DNA from: Tubulanus polymorphus
Taxonomy: Eukaryota > Animalia > Nemertea
Assembly: GCF_964204645.1 (NCBI RefSeq)
Contig: NC_134027.1
Span: 14,044,485 to 14,108,484, forward strand
DNA length: 64,000 nt
Direction: 5' to 3'
Of the stretch, positions 37,988-49,057 are shown in pieces. Position 1 is the first letter of the stretch; the number at the start of each line of letters is the position of its first letter. Both the position numbers and the translations under genes were made by a program. Under the pieces are notes generated by a model that had not been told where the DNA came from, did no database searches, and saw only the letters and a list, made by a program, of their open reading frames with translations.

Positions 37988-39842
37988 CAGTGCTTCATCT
38001 AGCCAAAAATGGAGGGGCGGTCCGCCCCGCCCCCGAAAATAGCCGCCCTTGTGCCCTTCAGATGTGTCCCATGCTCGCCCTTGTGCCCTCATCACTTGCC
38101 GTAGGTCTGCCCTCGAGTCACGAGTAATGAGTCAGGGCTTTCAAAATAAGCTTTCGCACCCGACTGTAAGTAAGAATCGTGCGACGGCTATGAAATATCT
38201 CGTATGATATCAACGATAGTAGCTCATGTGATCAGTGGTTATATTTAAAGGCCGAGGAGTATGGATGCTAGTTAACCAGGTGGCAAACACTTGAGATCGG
38301 CCGTCCAACTAACTACAGTATCTTGTTTATAATGTTTAGAGTGAGCGAGGTTGGCTCATAACAGAAAAGCAGGTCACACACAGTTAAATTTGACAAATTC
38401 ATAAAAGTTTTCATATCAAGTTCTAAACTAATTTTAAGTAATCTAGTCATAGTGGGAATGAAAATCTGATGCAAGCGATCTTTTTTTGTAGAGATAGGGC
38501 CAAGATTTAAGATTTTAGAGATATTTCAAATTTTTTGAAAATCATTAATTTTTATCCGATTTCCATGAAATTTGGACACAACATTGATGGTAGATAGCTA
38601 AACAAGTGTACGAAATTTCAGACTGATCCATTGACCATAGAAAAAGTTTTGATGTTGCCAAATTTTGGTACTATGAATGAGGCTATGTTTTGTTTATGTA
38701 TACTGATGACTATAGGTATCAAATTACTGTTAATGTGCTCTCCGAGCTACACTAATTCACTGGATAACTCCTCCCTCTATGTCATTCAAAGATTCAAATT
38801 TTGAAGGAAATACCAACTAAAAAGCTTAATTTCTCGTGGAGGAGGGCCTAAAACACATTTTTGACTGCAGAAATGAATATATTACACATTAATACATATG
38901 TCTGACAAAAAGGAGGGTCCAAATCGGATAACTGACAGAGAAAATAGGAGATTTCCAGTTTCAACCGTTGGAGCTCTCCACTGCACTATTGCTTCATGGG
39001 TACTGCCATCTTTGACATTGATTGGGCTTTTATACTGCTCCTCGGCCTTTAAATGTACTGCAGTCAGTGTGCATCGTGTGAAAACGTGCCTCAGACGCGT
39101 GGCCTAGTTTTAGTTTCCAAGAAATTGGCTACCTTCCAAACTATTGCCAATCATTCTAGCGACTGCCGTTATAAAGCTGGTAGTGTATATTCGATGGATT
39201 GTTTCGTTTTGAACACATCGTGATGCTCTGGATCTTTTTATCTAGACTATTAGACAAATTCTATATACACAAGGTGAAAAACTTTTTTCGGTGAACTCAC
39301 AGAGAGACTTGGAGAGACAATTAGTTTGAGTGGCCTAATAGCAAAAATGTGTTCTTAAGCTGGCTGCCTACCAATTATCAACAGTCACTCGCCAATCACT
39401 AACACTATCAATTTAAATCAATTAATTTGATATTTCTAAGATTAAAAATATGCAATTTCTTGTAGGCCTATAGATTATTGCTGGCTTTTTTTCGCTGTAT
39501 CATTTGCTTTTTGAGATTGCTTTTTTCTGCCATTTTTTGTCTGCAACTGGTTTTCCAAATAATTTTGAAAGCCCTATCTGATTATTTTTGTTCATTGACA
39601 GGCATAGGTGTAAGGATGTACTGTGGTCAAGTGTGTCACTCATGGCAAGAGTGAAAAATAGTTTCTAGTCCTCAATTGTAGTAGGGGGTACCTTGATTCT
39701 ATGCAATAGGGAACATTGCAGGTTGCCCCTAAAACGGACGTGAGTGCGTTATTATGTGCCCTTGCTCCAATGGAATCACGCGTAAAAATGCCCTTATTTG
39801 AAATCAGCACCCTGCCCTTTTTTAATGCTAGATGAAGCACTG
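37988..39842. mobile_element. hAT-like non-autonomous element with 5-bp TSD (hAT5-like), copy 1
   Basis: 16-bp TIRs CAGTGCTTCATCTAGC / GCTAGATGAAGCACTG; TCATG on both sides; subterminal (T)GCCC repeats; second copy at 60520. Confidence 0.88.
38249..39048. mobile_element. Kolobok-like non-autonomous element, TTAA TSD
   Basis: TTAA|AGGCCGAGGAG ... CTCCTCGGCCT|TTAA. The empty site GGTTATATTTAAATGTACTG is seen in the second host copy at about 60774-60793. Confidence 0.85.
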
Positions 39843-40968
39843 TCATGTACATGTAGGTAATTGTCAAACAGATCATATAAGCCTGAACATGAATTAGATT
39901 CATACGGTTATGTAAATATTTTGTCATATACATTTTTTAAGACAACAAAATAAAACAGATCCTTTTCTTTGAATAGGAGCAACACCTTATATCAAAATCT
40001 GATCACTCAATATGAAGAGAATTGTTTGAACCGTTGGAGTTCACACATTATTCAAGAAAACTGTATTCAGATATATCCGTCCGAGAGTTGCACAGGTCCT
40101 TAGATAAAAGATAAGTTTTTCCAAGGGTAACTCATACCCATACAAATTGTAAATTTTTGAGATACTGAAGAGAGAATCTGATCATTTAAAGCAAATAGAA
40201 TTTCTTGGATTGAAGTTTGTACAGTATTCATAAAAACTGTATTTAGATTATCGGTCCTAGAGTTGCACAGGTCGTTGGATAAGACACAAGTATTTTTCAG
40301 GTATAATAATGACCATCAAAATCGTATATCCTTGAGATGCCTTAATAGAGTATATTTATAGAGAAAAATGAAATGAAATAAAATAAAATCAATTTTGTTA
40401 TTCCAATTGTACTCCTACCCGGAAAGCTCTCAGAATTTAAACAATCTCATAAAGTGATGATAGGTTTCTTACATTTTTGTAGTTTGTTTTATAGACAGTT
40501 GATTGAATTCAGAACATTTTATTACCCTGATGAATCATTAACAAGTAATAGCATTCTATCGGATAATTCTTTTTGAAATAATAGGGTTAATCTGATCTTT
40601 CATTTGAGGAGTGACTGTTTCCACAAACAGACTACCCAGAACAAATGTTTGACCACCTATTTGGGAATACTTCTGCTTCATATTATATTAAATTGAATAG
40701 AAATTTGTCATTTACATGTAGGATAGTATCAAATACAAGCTTGAACACAGATTAGATTTAAACTTTTATGTAGATATCTTGTCATATACTTTCCTTGCGA
40801 CAAAGATATCCAACAAATCCTTTCTTTAAAGTATGATATATCAGTCTAATATAACGTTCCTTATAAATTAAATGTAGCTTTATTATATACTCGTAGGGAA
40901 GTGTTAAACACATCAAATAGACGCCTCAACATTCATTAGATAGACTTCTGCATGAAAGTAGTAATGAT

Positions 40969-41310
40969 GATAGTAATTCGTTTGAGTCCCGAATTCAAAT
41001 CCTAACCAGTTAATAAACAGTTTGCGTGAACACTAGACTTTTGTTTAGTCACAAATCTTTGTATGTACACAGGGGACTATAGTTTCTCAAAAAGGAGATA
41101 GGAATTCGTCTGAGTCCTGAATTTAAATCCTCAAAATACATACTTAAATTAAAAGGGAAAATATTGTTCTTAATAGTCAGTTAATAACCAGTTTGCATGA
41201 ACTCTTGACTTTTTGTTGTTATGTCACAAATATGCATGTACACAGAGGACTATAGTTCATCGTAGAGGAGATAGTAATTCATTTGAGTCCCCAATTTAAA
41301 TCCTCAAAAT
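40969..41310. repeat. Degenerate ~130-170-bp tandem repeat (about 2.3 copies)
   Basis: A GATAGTAATTCGTTTGAGTCC..AATTTAAATCCT-like block occurs three times. Confidence 0.7.
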
Positions 41311-41795
41311 CCCAGGAGATTCATTCCACTTTCTGGCAGTAAGTAGAATGTGTCTGCATATGTGTGTGAGCACTATGCTGTTGTGTGGTACTATATAACT
41401 AATACTGTCTCGTGGGAATGTTTGTCTTTGACCCAGTAATTATATAGATTTGCCCCCAATGAGATTTTATCACCATGATCATAGGTTCACAGAACAGTTT
41501 GTCTCAACATCAATTTGTTTCGACAAATAACAAAACAACTTCACTTTGAATTGAAGCAGAACCTTTCAAAACCTTATTATCAAATGTGAACAGAATTTCT
41601 TGCAACTTGAAGCTTCATTAAAGATCTGTATTCACATGAATCAGTCCTAAAAGTTACAAAGTAATAAATCCCCACCCATATTGTATATTCTAGATGTCTT
41701 CATTGAGTATTCATAGAGAATAACTATTATTACAATATTGATATTCTGTTAATATCCCTGGTTGAAAAACCATAAAAAGTTAACATACTGATTAA

Positions 41796-44068
41796 CACTT
41801 TCACTGCTGCATTGCATAGCATTGTTGCCTAGCTATGCTGGGCCCGTTTCGGGAAAAATAGGAAATTATTATATTCTGAGAATAAATGAATATAGAAGCA
41901 TATTAGCCTACCTTTACTTGTTTTATTCACTTATCTCCAATATTGAGCTTTTGTGTGATACATTCTGAAGCAGTTTGGGTTTGCAATGTGTAGTGGTACC
42001 CCACATTCTTTGCACATGTAACGAGTGTCTTTACGGATTCCTTTTTTCGCACAAACCCGACAGCGTCTTTGAGCATTTGTTTTCTTGTCAGTAGCTGGTA
42101 TTGTGACAATTGTATGTCTTCTCATGGCAGGGCTAATTCTAGTAGGTGGGTCACTTGTACACCTAGGCACTGGAGGGCGCACAGCAGGAGCAGGATCATC
42201 TGCATCGGAATCAGCATCGTCATTCAGCGTATTTCCATGTACAACCATTGCTTTGATCACCGAGGTCAAAAAGTCCAACAGCTCCTCAGAGGCCTTGCTA
42301 TACTTCTTGAACAGAATATGAGCATTTAGGAGTCCAAGATGAATCAAGTAATAAACCAATTTTTTGGGCCACTTCACGGTTTTTCGAGTGCACGGGTAAT
42401 ATTTGCCCATTTGATCAAGATGATCGACACCGGACATATATCTATTGTAATCCAAAATGCATTTTGGTTTTTGCACCTGATGTCCACCAGCATTCACATG
42501 ATCTGCCTTTGAAGCATCATGTAGAGTAGTAATCATCTTCACAACCCTTTTATCTTTCCACATAAGCAACAGAATTTGTCCTTTGCGGCGAAATGCGACA
42601 TCACTAACGCCAAGTTGATTTTCCTGATCTCTCAATGATTTTGGCATTCCCCTATCTACTCTGACAGTTCCACAGGTGTGGGTTTTCTTGGAAAACAGGT
42701 GGGTGGATACAGTGAGACTATTATAAAAATTATCCATATACACCTTATAGTTTTTTTGATACAAAGATGTCAGTAAATCATCACAGATTTGTACATTGGA
42801 CCGACCGAGACCACAGTATAAGCTATAGCCGTACACATATCCACTTTCAGATTCACAGAGAATATAACCCTTCATCCCGTATTTGATGGGTTTCTTGGGA
42901 TTATAAACACGAAACAGCAAGCGGCTGCGCCACTTGAGCATGCCTTCATCCAGTGCGAGATGCTCAGTTGGTACATATATTGACATGAACTTCTGTATGA
43001 AAAAATCATAGACTGGCCGCACTTTATATAATCGGTCATTATCATTTGCTGGCCTAGCATCATTATCATGAAAATGAAGAAACTTGCATATCAACAAGAA
43101 TCTGTCTCTAGACATCACTGTTCCAAAGAAAGGTGTAGCAAACATGACATCGGTTGACCAGTACATATTTAGTGTTGGCTTTTTGATAATGCCGGTAAGA
43201 AAAAGCAGTGCGAGAAAGTGCCACATCTCTTTCTCGGTGACATCTTTCCAGCTGTGTACTCTAGATTTATCTTTCAGCTCAGTGTCCCTAATGTACTGTT
43301 CAGCGTACAAATTAGTTTCACGCACAAGAATTTCAATAAGTTCATCGGTAAAAAAAAGTCGAAAATAATCGAAAGGAGTCGCATCGACACCTATCTGAAC
43401 CTGCATACCTGGCGTACCGGTAAATGGGTCAACATTTGGTCGTGTATCAACATCACTCCATCCTACATCTGAAGGATGCATGCCTCCAGGGGCATTTACA
43501 ACATTAGCAGCACCTCTGCCCCTACCTCTCCCACGTCCACGGCCCCGTGCACGGCCGCGAGGACCTCCACGTCCACGATTATTTTGTACAGCGACTGGGG
43601 CAGGTGGTTGAAAATTATCGTCACTAGAATCACTCGAATCAGGCTGTTCATCCTCACCTGAAGATCCCCCTGAATCTGCAGAAAAATGTTCTTCATTTTC
43701 CTCATCGAATAATTCCTCCTCTGAATCTGAATCAGCAAATAATTCATCGATTTGTTGATGATTTAGACGTTGACGGCGATTATTCATGGTCGCTGCCATT
43801 TTGTTTTCGATTGTTTATTTCCAAGTCACACATTGCTATTCAACAGCGTCAAGCATCATAAAATCAATATAAATACACTACGAACATACATTACTGAATG
43901 CCGCTATATGTCTACGTGCACTTGGATTAATCATACAGCTCTAGTTAGTTTATGGTACAGACGCCAGAGACCGACACTTCCTAGTGTTTGGAAAACGTAC
44001 ATATACGTCCATAGCAGTTAATGTAATTTTTGATAAGACGTAGATATACGTCCACAGCAGTGAAAGTG
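41796..44068 (-). mobile_element. Complete piggyBac transposon
   Basis: TTAA|CACTTTCACTGCTG ... CAGCAGTGAAAGTG|TTAA: perfect 14-bp TIRs around a single ORF. Confidence 0.95.
41931..43799 (-). CDS. piggyBac transposase (PGBD4-like), 622 aa, uninterrupted
   Basis: Acidic N-terminus with an RG-rich tract; DDD triad (LALDEGM, YMDNFY, GVDHLDQ); C-terminal Cys-rich domain RRCRVC..TRYMCKEC..CF..YH. Confidence 0.95.
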   Translation of the reverse strand: MAATMNNRRQRLNHQQIDELFADSDSEEELFDEENEEHFSADSGGSSGEDEQPDSSDSSDDNFQPPAPVAVQNNRGRGGPRGRARGRGRGRGRGRGAANVVNAPGGMHPSDVGWSDVDTRPNVDPFTGTPGMQVQIGVDATPFDYFRLFFTDELIEILVRETNLYAEQYIRDTELKDKSRVHSWKDVTEKEMWHFLALLFLTGIIKKPTLNMYWSTDVMFATPFFGTVMSRDRFLLICKFLHFHDNDARPANDNDRLYKVRPVYDFFIQKFMSIYVPTEHLALDEGMLKWRSRLLFRVYNPKKPIKYGMKGYILCESESGYVYGYSLYCGLGRSNVQICDDLLTSLYQKNYKVYMDNFYNSLTVSTHLFSKKTHTCGTVRVDRGMPKSLRDQENQLGVSDVAFRRKGQILLLMWKDKRVVKMITTLHDASKADHVNAGGHQVQKPKCILDYNRYMSGVDHLDQMGKYYPCTRKTVKWPKKLVYYLIHLGLLNAHILFKKYSKASEELLDFLTSVIKAMVVHGNTLNDDADSDADDPAPAVRPPVPRCTSDPPTRISPAMRRHTIVTIPATDKKTNAQRRCRVCAKKGIRKDTRYMCKECGVPLHIANPNCFRMYHTKAQYWR

Positions 44069-44921
44069 TTAAGTTTCATTAGGTCTATAATGGATGTATG
44101 AAAGTTTAACAGGGTCAATATAGAAAAGATCATACATTTCTCCAGTTGGTTTTATAAGCCACATTCACAATAGTTTTAGAAGGGTCTAAATTTGACCTCA
44201 CTGATTTAGAACAGACCATGGACTCTAAAATGTTTTAGTCCATGAAGAGACCAAGCATTCACCTAAGTGACACATCTGTTCCGAATGGGCCAGTTTCATT
44301 TTAAACCAAACCAATTTAGACTAAATGATCAAATATTTAGAACGGACTGAATCTGTGTGCGTGGACAGAAACATCCCAGGTCCATTCTAAATTCTGAGTC
44401 TCGGCGGTATGAATTTAATTAAAGTTAACTGGTCACCTAATCACCATCAAACTGATAAATATAGTTTTCAAATTCAATATCATTTCAATATAAGTAGAAT
44501 GATGTTTATTGATCTTAAAATCTGTCAAATGTACTGGTCACAGAATATTCGTCCTCTTTACTTGATTTGAAAATAACCTAGATTTACTATAGATTGTTGT
44601 GTCCAGGAAAATCCAGTCGTCAAATCTTTTCAATAAGAAAGAGTAATAAAATGTGAAAAATTATAGCATTTTATAGGATACTTTAACTGAAATCATAACT
44701 AGTGGTCTCATGATTTATTGAGTGATTGTTGCCACAACTTTTATCAAAGCGCTGCAACTGACTACTCATAACAAATGTTTGATCTCTTACCTAATAATTC
44801 TACTTCACATTAGGTCTATATTAGTTTGCATGTAGTTTTATATCATATACACATAAAAAAATGTAGAACATCATATATAAGCCTCAACAGGTAGAGATTT
44901 ATACAGTAATCTAGATAAATA

Positions 44922-45005
44922 GTTCTCATCCATTTTGGATGACAAGGAAATCGATTATTCGATTCTTATCCATTTTGGATGACAAGGAAATCGATTATTC
45001 GATTC
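44922..45005. repeat. 40-bp tandem duplication
   Basis: ATCCATTTTGGATGACAAGGAAATCGATTATTCGATTC occurs at 44928 and 44968. Confidence 0.9.
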
Positions 45006-45849
45006 ATGCTAAACCATGTTTACATGTAGTTTAGCACTTTTGAAAACTGCAATAAAATTTGCAATCAGTTCATTTCAGGCTGGGTCTGTTGTGCTTAGCT
45101 TGATCATGATTTTTTAAAAAGAAATGTACAGGGTAGATGGGTGGGTCAACTTTTAAGCTCAACAAGGAGTAATTTTTTGGCGTCATAATAAAACCTGATT
45201 ACTGACTGATCATGCAAACATCTCTTATTGGACACAGTCGTTCTTGTCGCCATTTCTATTTCAAGTGAGATCGATTTATGTTTCATAAATCATTATGGAT
45301 AAACAATCCACATAAATGTACGTATATTCAATATAAAAAATTTTTCTTAATGGAAACTACACAATTACAATTATTAACATGGTTTTGATTACTTGAGGTA
45401 GATAATGCCAAATTCCCATGACCACAATTCAATTTTCAATTTACAACAGCTTTCATGAACAATAACAACCTTGATATGCTATTACTTATTGTAAAAGGTT
45501 GAAATTGGTGATTTATATCAGTAAAAGTAAAGCTGTTGTATTTGAGAAAAGAAAGTCTGCTAGGCAAACTGTATATAACATCAATGGATGTCATCCTCTA
45601 GACTAGATACCTAAAACCTCAAGCAATCATGATTGCTCGTAGCTAAAACTGACTTTACGCTAGAAAATATCTCACATTATTATCGCAAAGCCAAAGAATT
45701 TCGGTCAGTATATATAGATGTTCCAACCACAAATTACAAATGGAGAGGGATAGATAAGAAAAAGCCACAATACGCAATATGGAACCAGGGACATACACAA
45801 CCTGGGTCGCATATATAGGACTGTATATTGGGGTATATAAGTCCAGAAG

Positions 45850-46200
45850 CCCACTCAAATCTTATGCCGACATATATCTTCGTAACTTTGATACAGAACA
45901 TTAAAATTGGAGCAGCTTCAAATCCCTTCCTTAGAGCCTACGAGATCAATCACTCATAATATTTAGAATCTGAACTCAAGCACATCAAACAATTCCTCTC
46001 TCAAATAGAATAGGGCCTGCTGATATATTACACTTATGTAATCTTATGTTAAAACAAAGAATCCTGAGGACCTAATCAGATGCGGTATACATAAAATTCC
46101 CAGTGGTTAATAAGAAAAGTTTTTCATTAGAGAAACTGGCTGATCACTCATCATATGAATAAAAGAACACAGATGTTCCATGAATGATAAACCTGAAAGT
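45850..46200 (+). pseudogene. Highly degraded Penelope-like RT-thumb/GIY-YIG relic
   Basis: Fragments FLRAYEI and CGIHKIP..KVFIRETG*SL..IKEH resemble the GVYKIPC..YIGETGR.L..RI.EH motif at about 63280-63360. Confidence 0.5.
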
Positions 46201-47121
46201 TCATAGTTCTATCATAGTATCTTCTTATCAGGGGTAGATCTAAGGGGGGTGAATAGGAGATAAAAATTTTCTACGAGGGGCTTTTTCGTGTCAATAGCCT
46301 CTAAGAAGATGAAATAAGAATGTTATTAGCTGCCTCAGAATAAAAAACAACAGTAGCATTGCGACTTTATTGTATTATATACCTATTATATGACGCCGTA
46401 CTATGCTACGAGCAATACGAGTTTGAGATCTCCAGGTGAAGATATCATAAAATACACTTATGTACTGAATTGCTGATGACATTTTGACGTGAAACAGTGA
46501 TATTTAATACAGTTGATTGAACCATTTACGAGAGGTGCGGATCTGCACTTACTTTACCGGACCATTCCGTTGTAGATGAGTTAGTGTATCTCCACCCATT
46601 CCGCTAGGCCGTATATGTATCCGATAAACGATTATTTTCCCAATCATAACTACGTATTTGACTTCTTTCCCAATCTGTGTCAAAAATTTCCCAAAACAGT
46701 ACCATGACAAATACTTGAGAAATGACCTGCTTCCCCTAATAATCTCATCAAAATCATCAACACCTCATCCCGGCCACGGCTCAGCAGGTTCAGCAGTGCA
46801 TTTCTGTGGAATCATTAATGTAATGCAATTATTTTGACAGCGGAAAAGAATTTTAAGATAATTTTTTGTCATTATGTCTTATTAATATGTTTTAGAAGAT
46901 ACTAAATCAACATTCTGGTGAAAATCAAACACTTTATAACATAAAAACATCTGTAGAAATTTACATTGTTTATAAAGTTGCACAAGGTATTAAAGTTACA
47001 CAAGGGTTCATTCGTACAAACGGACGGACGGACGCTATGATGGACCGACAGACTACGGACGAAAAGTGAACGCAAGTGGGCTTAAAATAAAGATAACCCT
47101 AATAGAACGGATATTACTGAC

Positions 47122-47304
47122 CTTTTTCAAACAATATTCTAACTCATCAGTTTGATAAGCAGGGTTGACATTTACTTGTATAATTCCAGCTCGAGCTGTG
47201 CCATATTGTGCTATAATCCATTCTAACGAATTCGGACCCCAGACCCCGATTCGATCACCTCTTCGTAATCCAAGTTCTAGCAACCCAGCTGCAAATTTAT
47301 CTGC
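47122..47304 (-). CDS. ACSF2: Exon of medium-chain acyl-CoA synthetase, ACSF2-like
   Basis: TTTCAG|ADKFAAGLLELGLRRGDRIGVWGPNSLEWIIAQYGTARAGIIQVNVNPAYQTDELEYCLKK|GTCAGT; 183 nt, phase 0/0. Confidence 0.85.
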
Positions 47305-47532
47305 CTGAAATTAATTTGAGACATACGGTCAACCTTCGATATACCGTCCTCCCATATACAGCTGCCTACCGCCAGGTTTTCTCAGTCCAAATCTCAATAC
47401 AAATACATCATAAAACATCCCCGATATACCGCCATACTCCCATACACCAGGGGTTGACTCGGTCTATATCGATTTCACCTTAAATGAACAACATTCATCA
47501 GGACTTCAAGTTGATCAAAGAAGTAAACTTGC

Positions 47533-47713
47533 CTCTTTCCGCAGTTCAGCGAAAGTCAGTCTTTTATTAGCTGTAACATCAATGAAAGCCTCATCATCAG
47601 GGTGATTTTCAGCCGCTAAATCAATCAATTTACCAATAGTTAGCCCAACTAAAGGAACATTATGTGTTCCATATCTATAACTCCATTTCAAAGCTTCCAC
47701 AACACCATCAGCT
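47533..47713 (-). CDS. ACSF2: Upstream exon of the ACSF2-like gene (GC splice donor)
   Basis: TTGTAG|..LKWSYRYGTHNVPLVGLTIGKLIDLAAENHPDDEAFI..RLTFAELRKE|GCAAGT; 181 nt, in frame with the next exon. Confidence 0.8.
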
Positions 47714-48003
47714 CTACAACAAAATATTACTGTTTAAATTATACTTTATAGGCCTATGTGTCCCAGGTTATTCTAAACTCATAGCACCAATCATGTTTAT
47801 GCTTCACTGAAAACCCTACTGTGTAGCATACACTGTATATCAATCTCCCAGTTGTATATATTTGGTATGTTCATAGGGTCCTGCTACTAGCAGCTAGTGT
47901 ACAAGACGAAACGACGGAATACAAAACAAAATGACGAATTATGAAACACCGAAATGGTCCTTTTTAAAGGTCCAGCTAAAGCAAGTGAATAAGACATAAA
48001 ATA

Positions 48004-48200
48004 AACTAGGGGTCCAGGGACACCATGCCCACTTGGGAAGTGGTTTCAAATGCTCGACAATCTAACAATTACAATATTAAACGCCCCTAGCTGGCCATAT
48101 ACGAAACCCAAAGACCTTGAAACTCACCGCAATCAAAGAACATGTCATGAGGTACAATTTTGCAATATAATGGTAACAAAAAATGTAGTCGTACCAACAT
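48004..48200 (-). mobile_element. HINE family A truncated fragment
   Basis: ACTAGGGGGTCCAGGGACACCATGCCCACTTGGGAAGTGG plus one partial monomer. Confidence 0.8.
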
Positions 48201-48204
48201 AATA

Positions 48205-48640
48205 TAGAAACAAGAAACAAAATTCTTAATATGGACTTTCCTAAATTTACATGAGTGTACGTATGTTTAATCAGCATCAAAATTAAACATTGGTACTCTA
48301 GATCAGAAAATTAAAAGCAGAACAAATGAAAAATAGTAAAAACTTTTGATTTAATTCAAATGATGGGAGAAGACTTACTTTAACAGATAATTAGGTCTAG
48401 ATCGAAAATAAGGACGGAAAATATCAAGAAACAAGAGACAAAATTCTTTATATGGACCTTCTTGAATTTACCAGAGTGTACGTTTAATCATCATCAAAGT
48501 TAAACATTGGTACTCTAGATTAGAGATTATAAGCAGAATAAAGGAAAAATGGTGAAAACTATTGGATCGACTTCAAATGATGGGAGAAGACTTTTTACAG
48601 ATAATTAGATTGAAAATATGGATGGGAAATCTCAAGAAAA
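48205..48640. repeat. ~220-bp two-copy tandem repeat, related to sequence at ~510-590
   Basis: CAAAATTCTT..ATATGGAC..AAACATTGGTACTCTAGAT..TTCAAATGATGGGAGAAGAC occurs twice; TTCAAATGATGGGAC also at 519. Confidence 0.75.
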
Positions 48641-49057
48641 CAAGAGCCCCATGGGGCTTGACGCGGCAGCTTCACAAATTATAAATGACCTATCCTTTAA
48701 TCAATTTCATATTTCAAATATGCTAGAATGGCATATCTATGAACGGATCCACAGATCCATGAACACTGAAAAGGGCAAGTTAAGTATCCATGCAGACAAA
48801 ACAAGGGTTCAAAAATATGAAATTTTAGTGCAATTTTATACAATTTCTAGGTACCGAGACATCTTATTAGTTACTGGTGGAAAAAGTGCCCTGAAAAATA
48901 TTGCCGTTGTATTTTTAAAATGGCATAGGAAAATGTATTGCGACAGGAGCACGTGCGTGTTGTGTCCCTGTCTAAATCTGCCACCGAGGTCTTTATTAGA
49001 TCATTTCCCTGACTTTTTTGCAGAAACTTCGTTCGGAAAGATAGGAATTACCTTATA

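Larger units (their letters stand above)
37646..40940. repeat. Diverged outlying units of the 755-bp array (another remnant at ~44570-44900)
   Basis: Anchors at 37898, 40638 and 44768; the first unit is split by the hAT5-like insertion. Confidence 0.8.

Noticed and set aside
42069-44021. Short ORFs overlapping the piggyBac transposase
   Set aside because: Antisense or alternative-frame artefacts.
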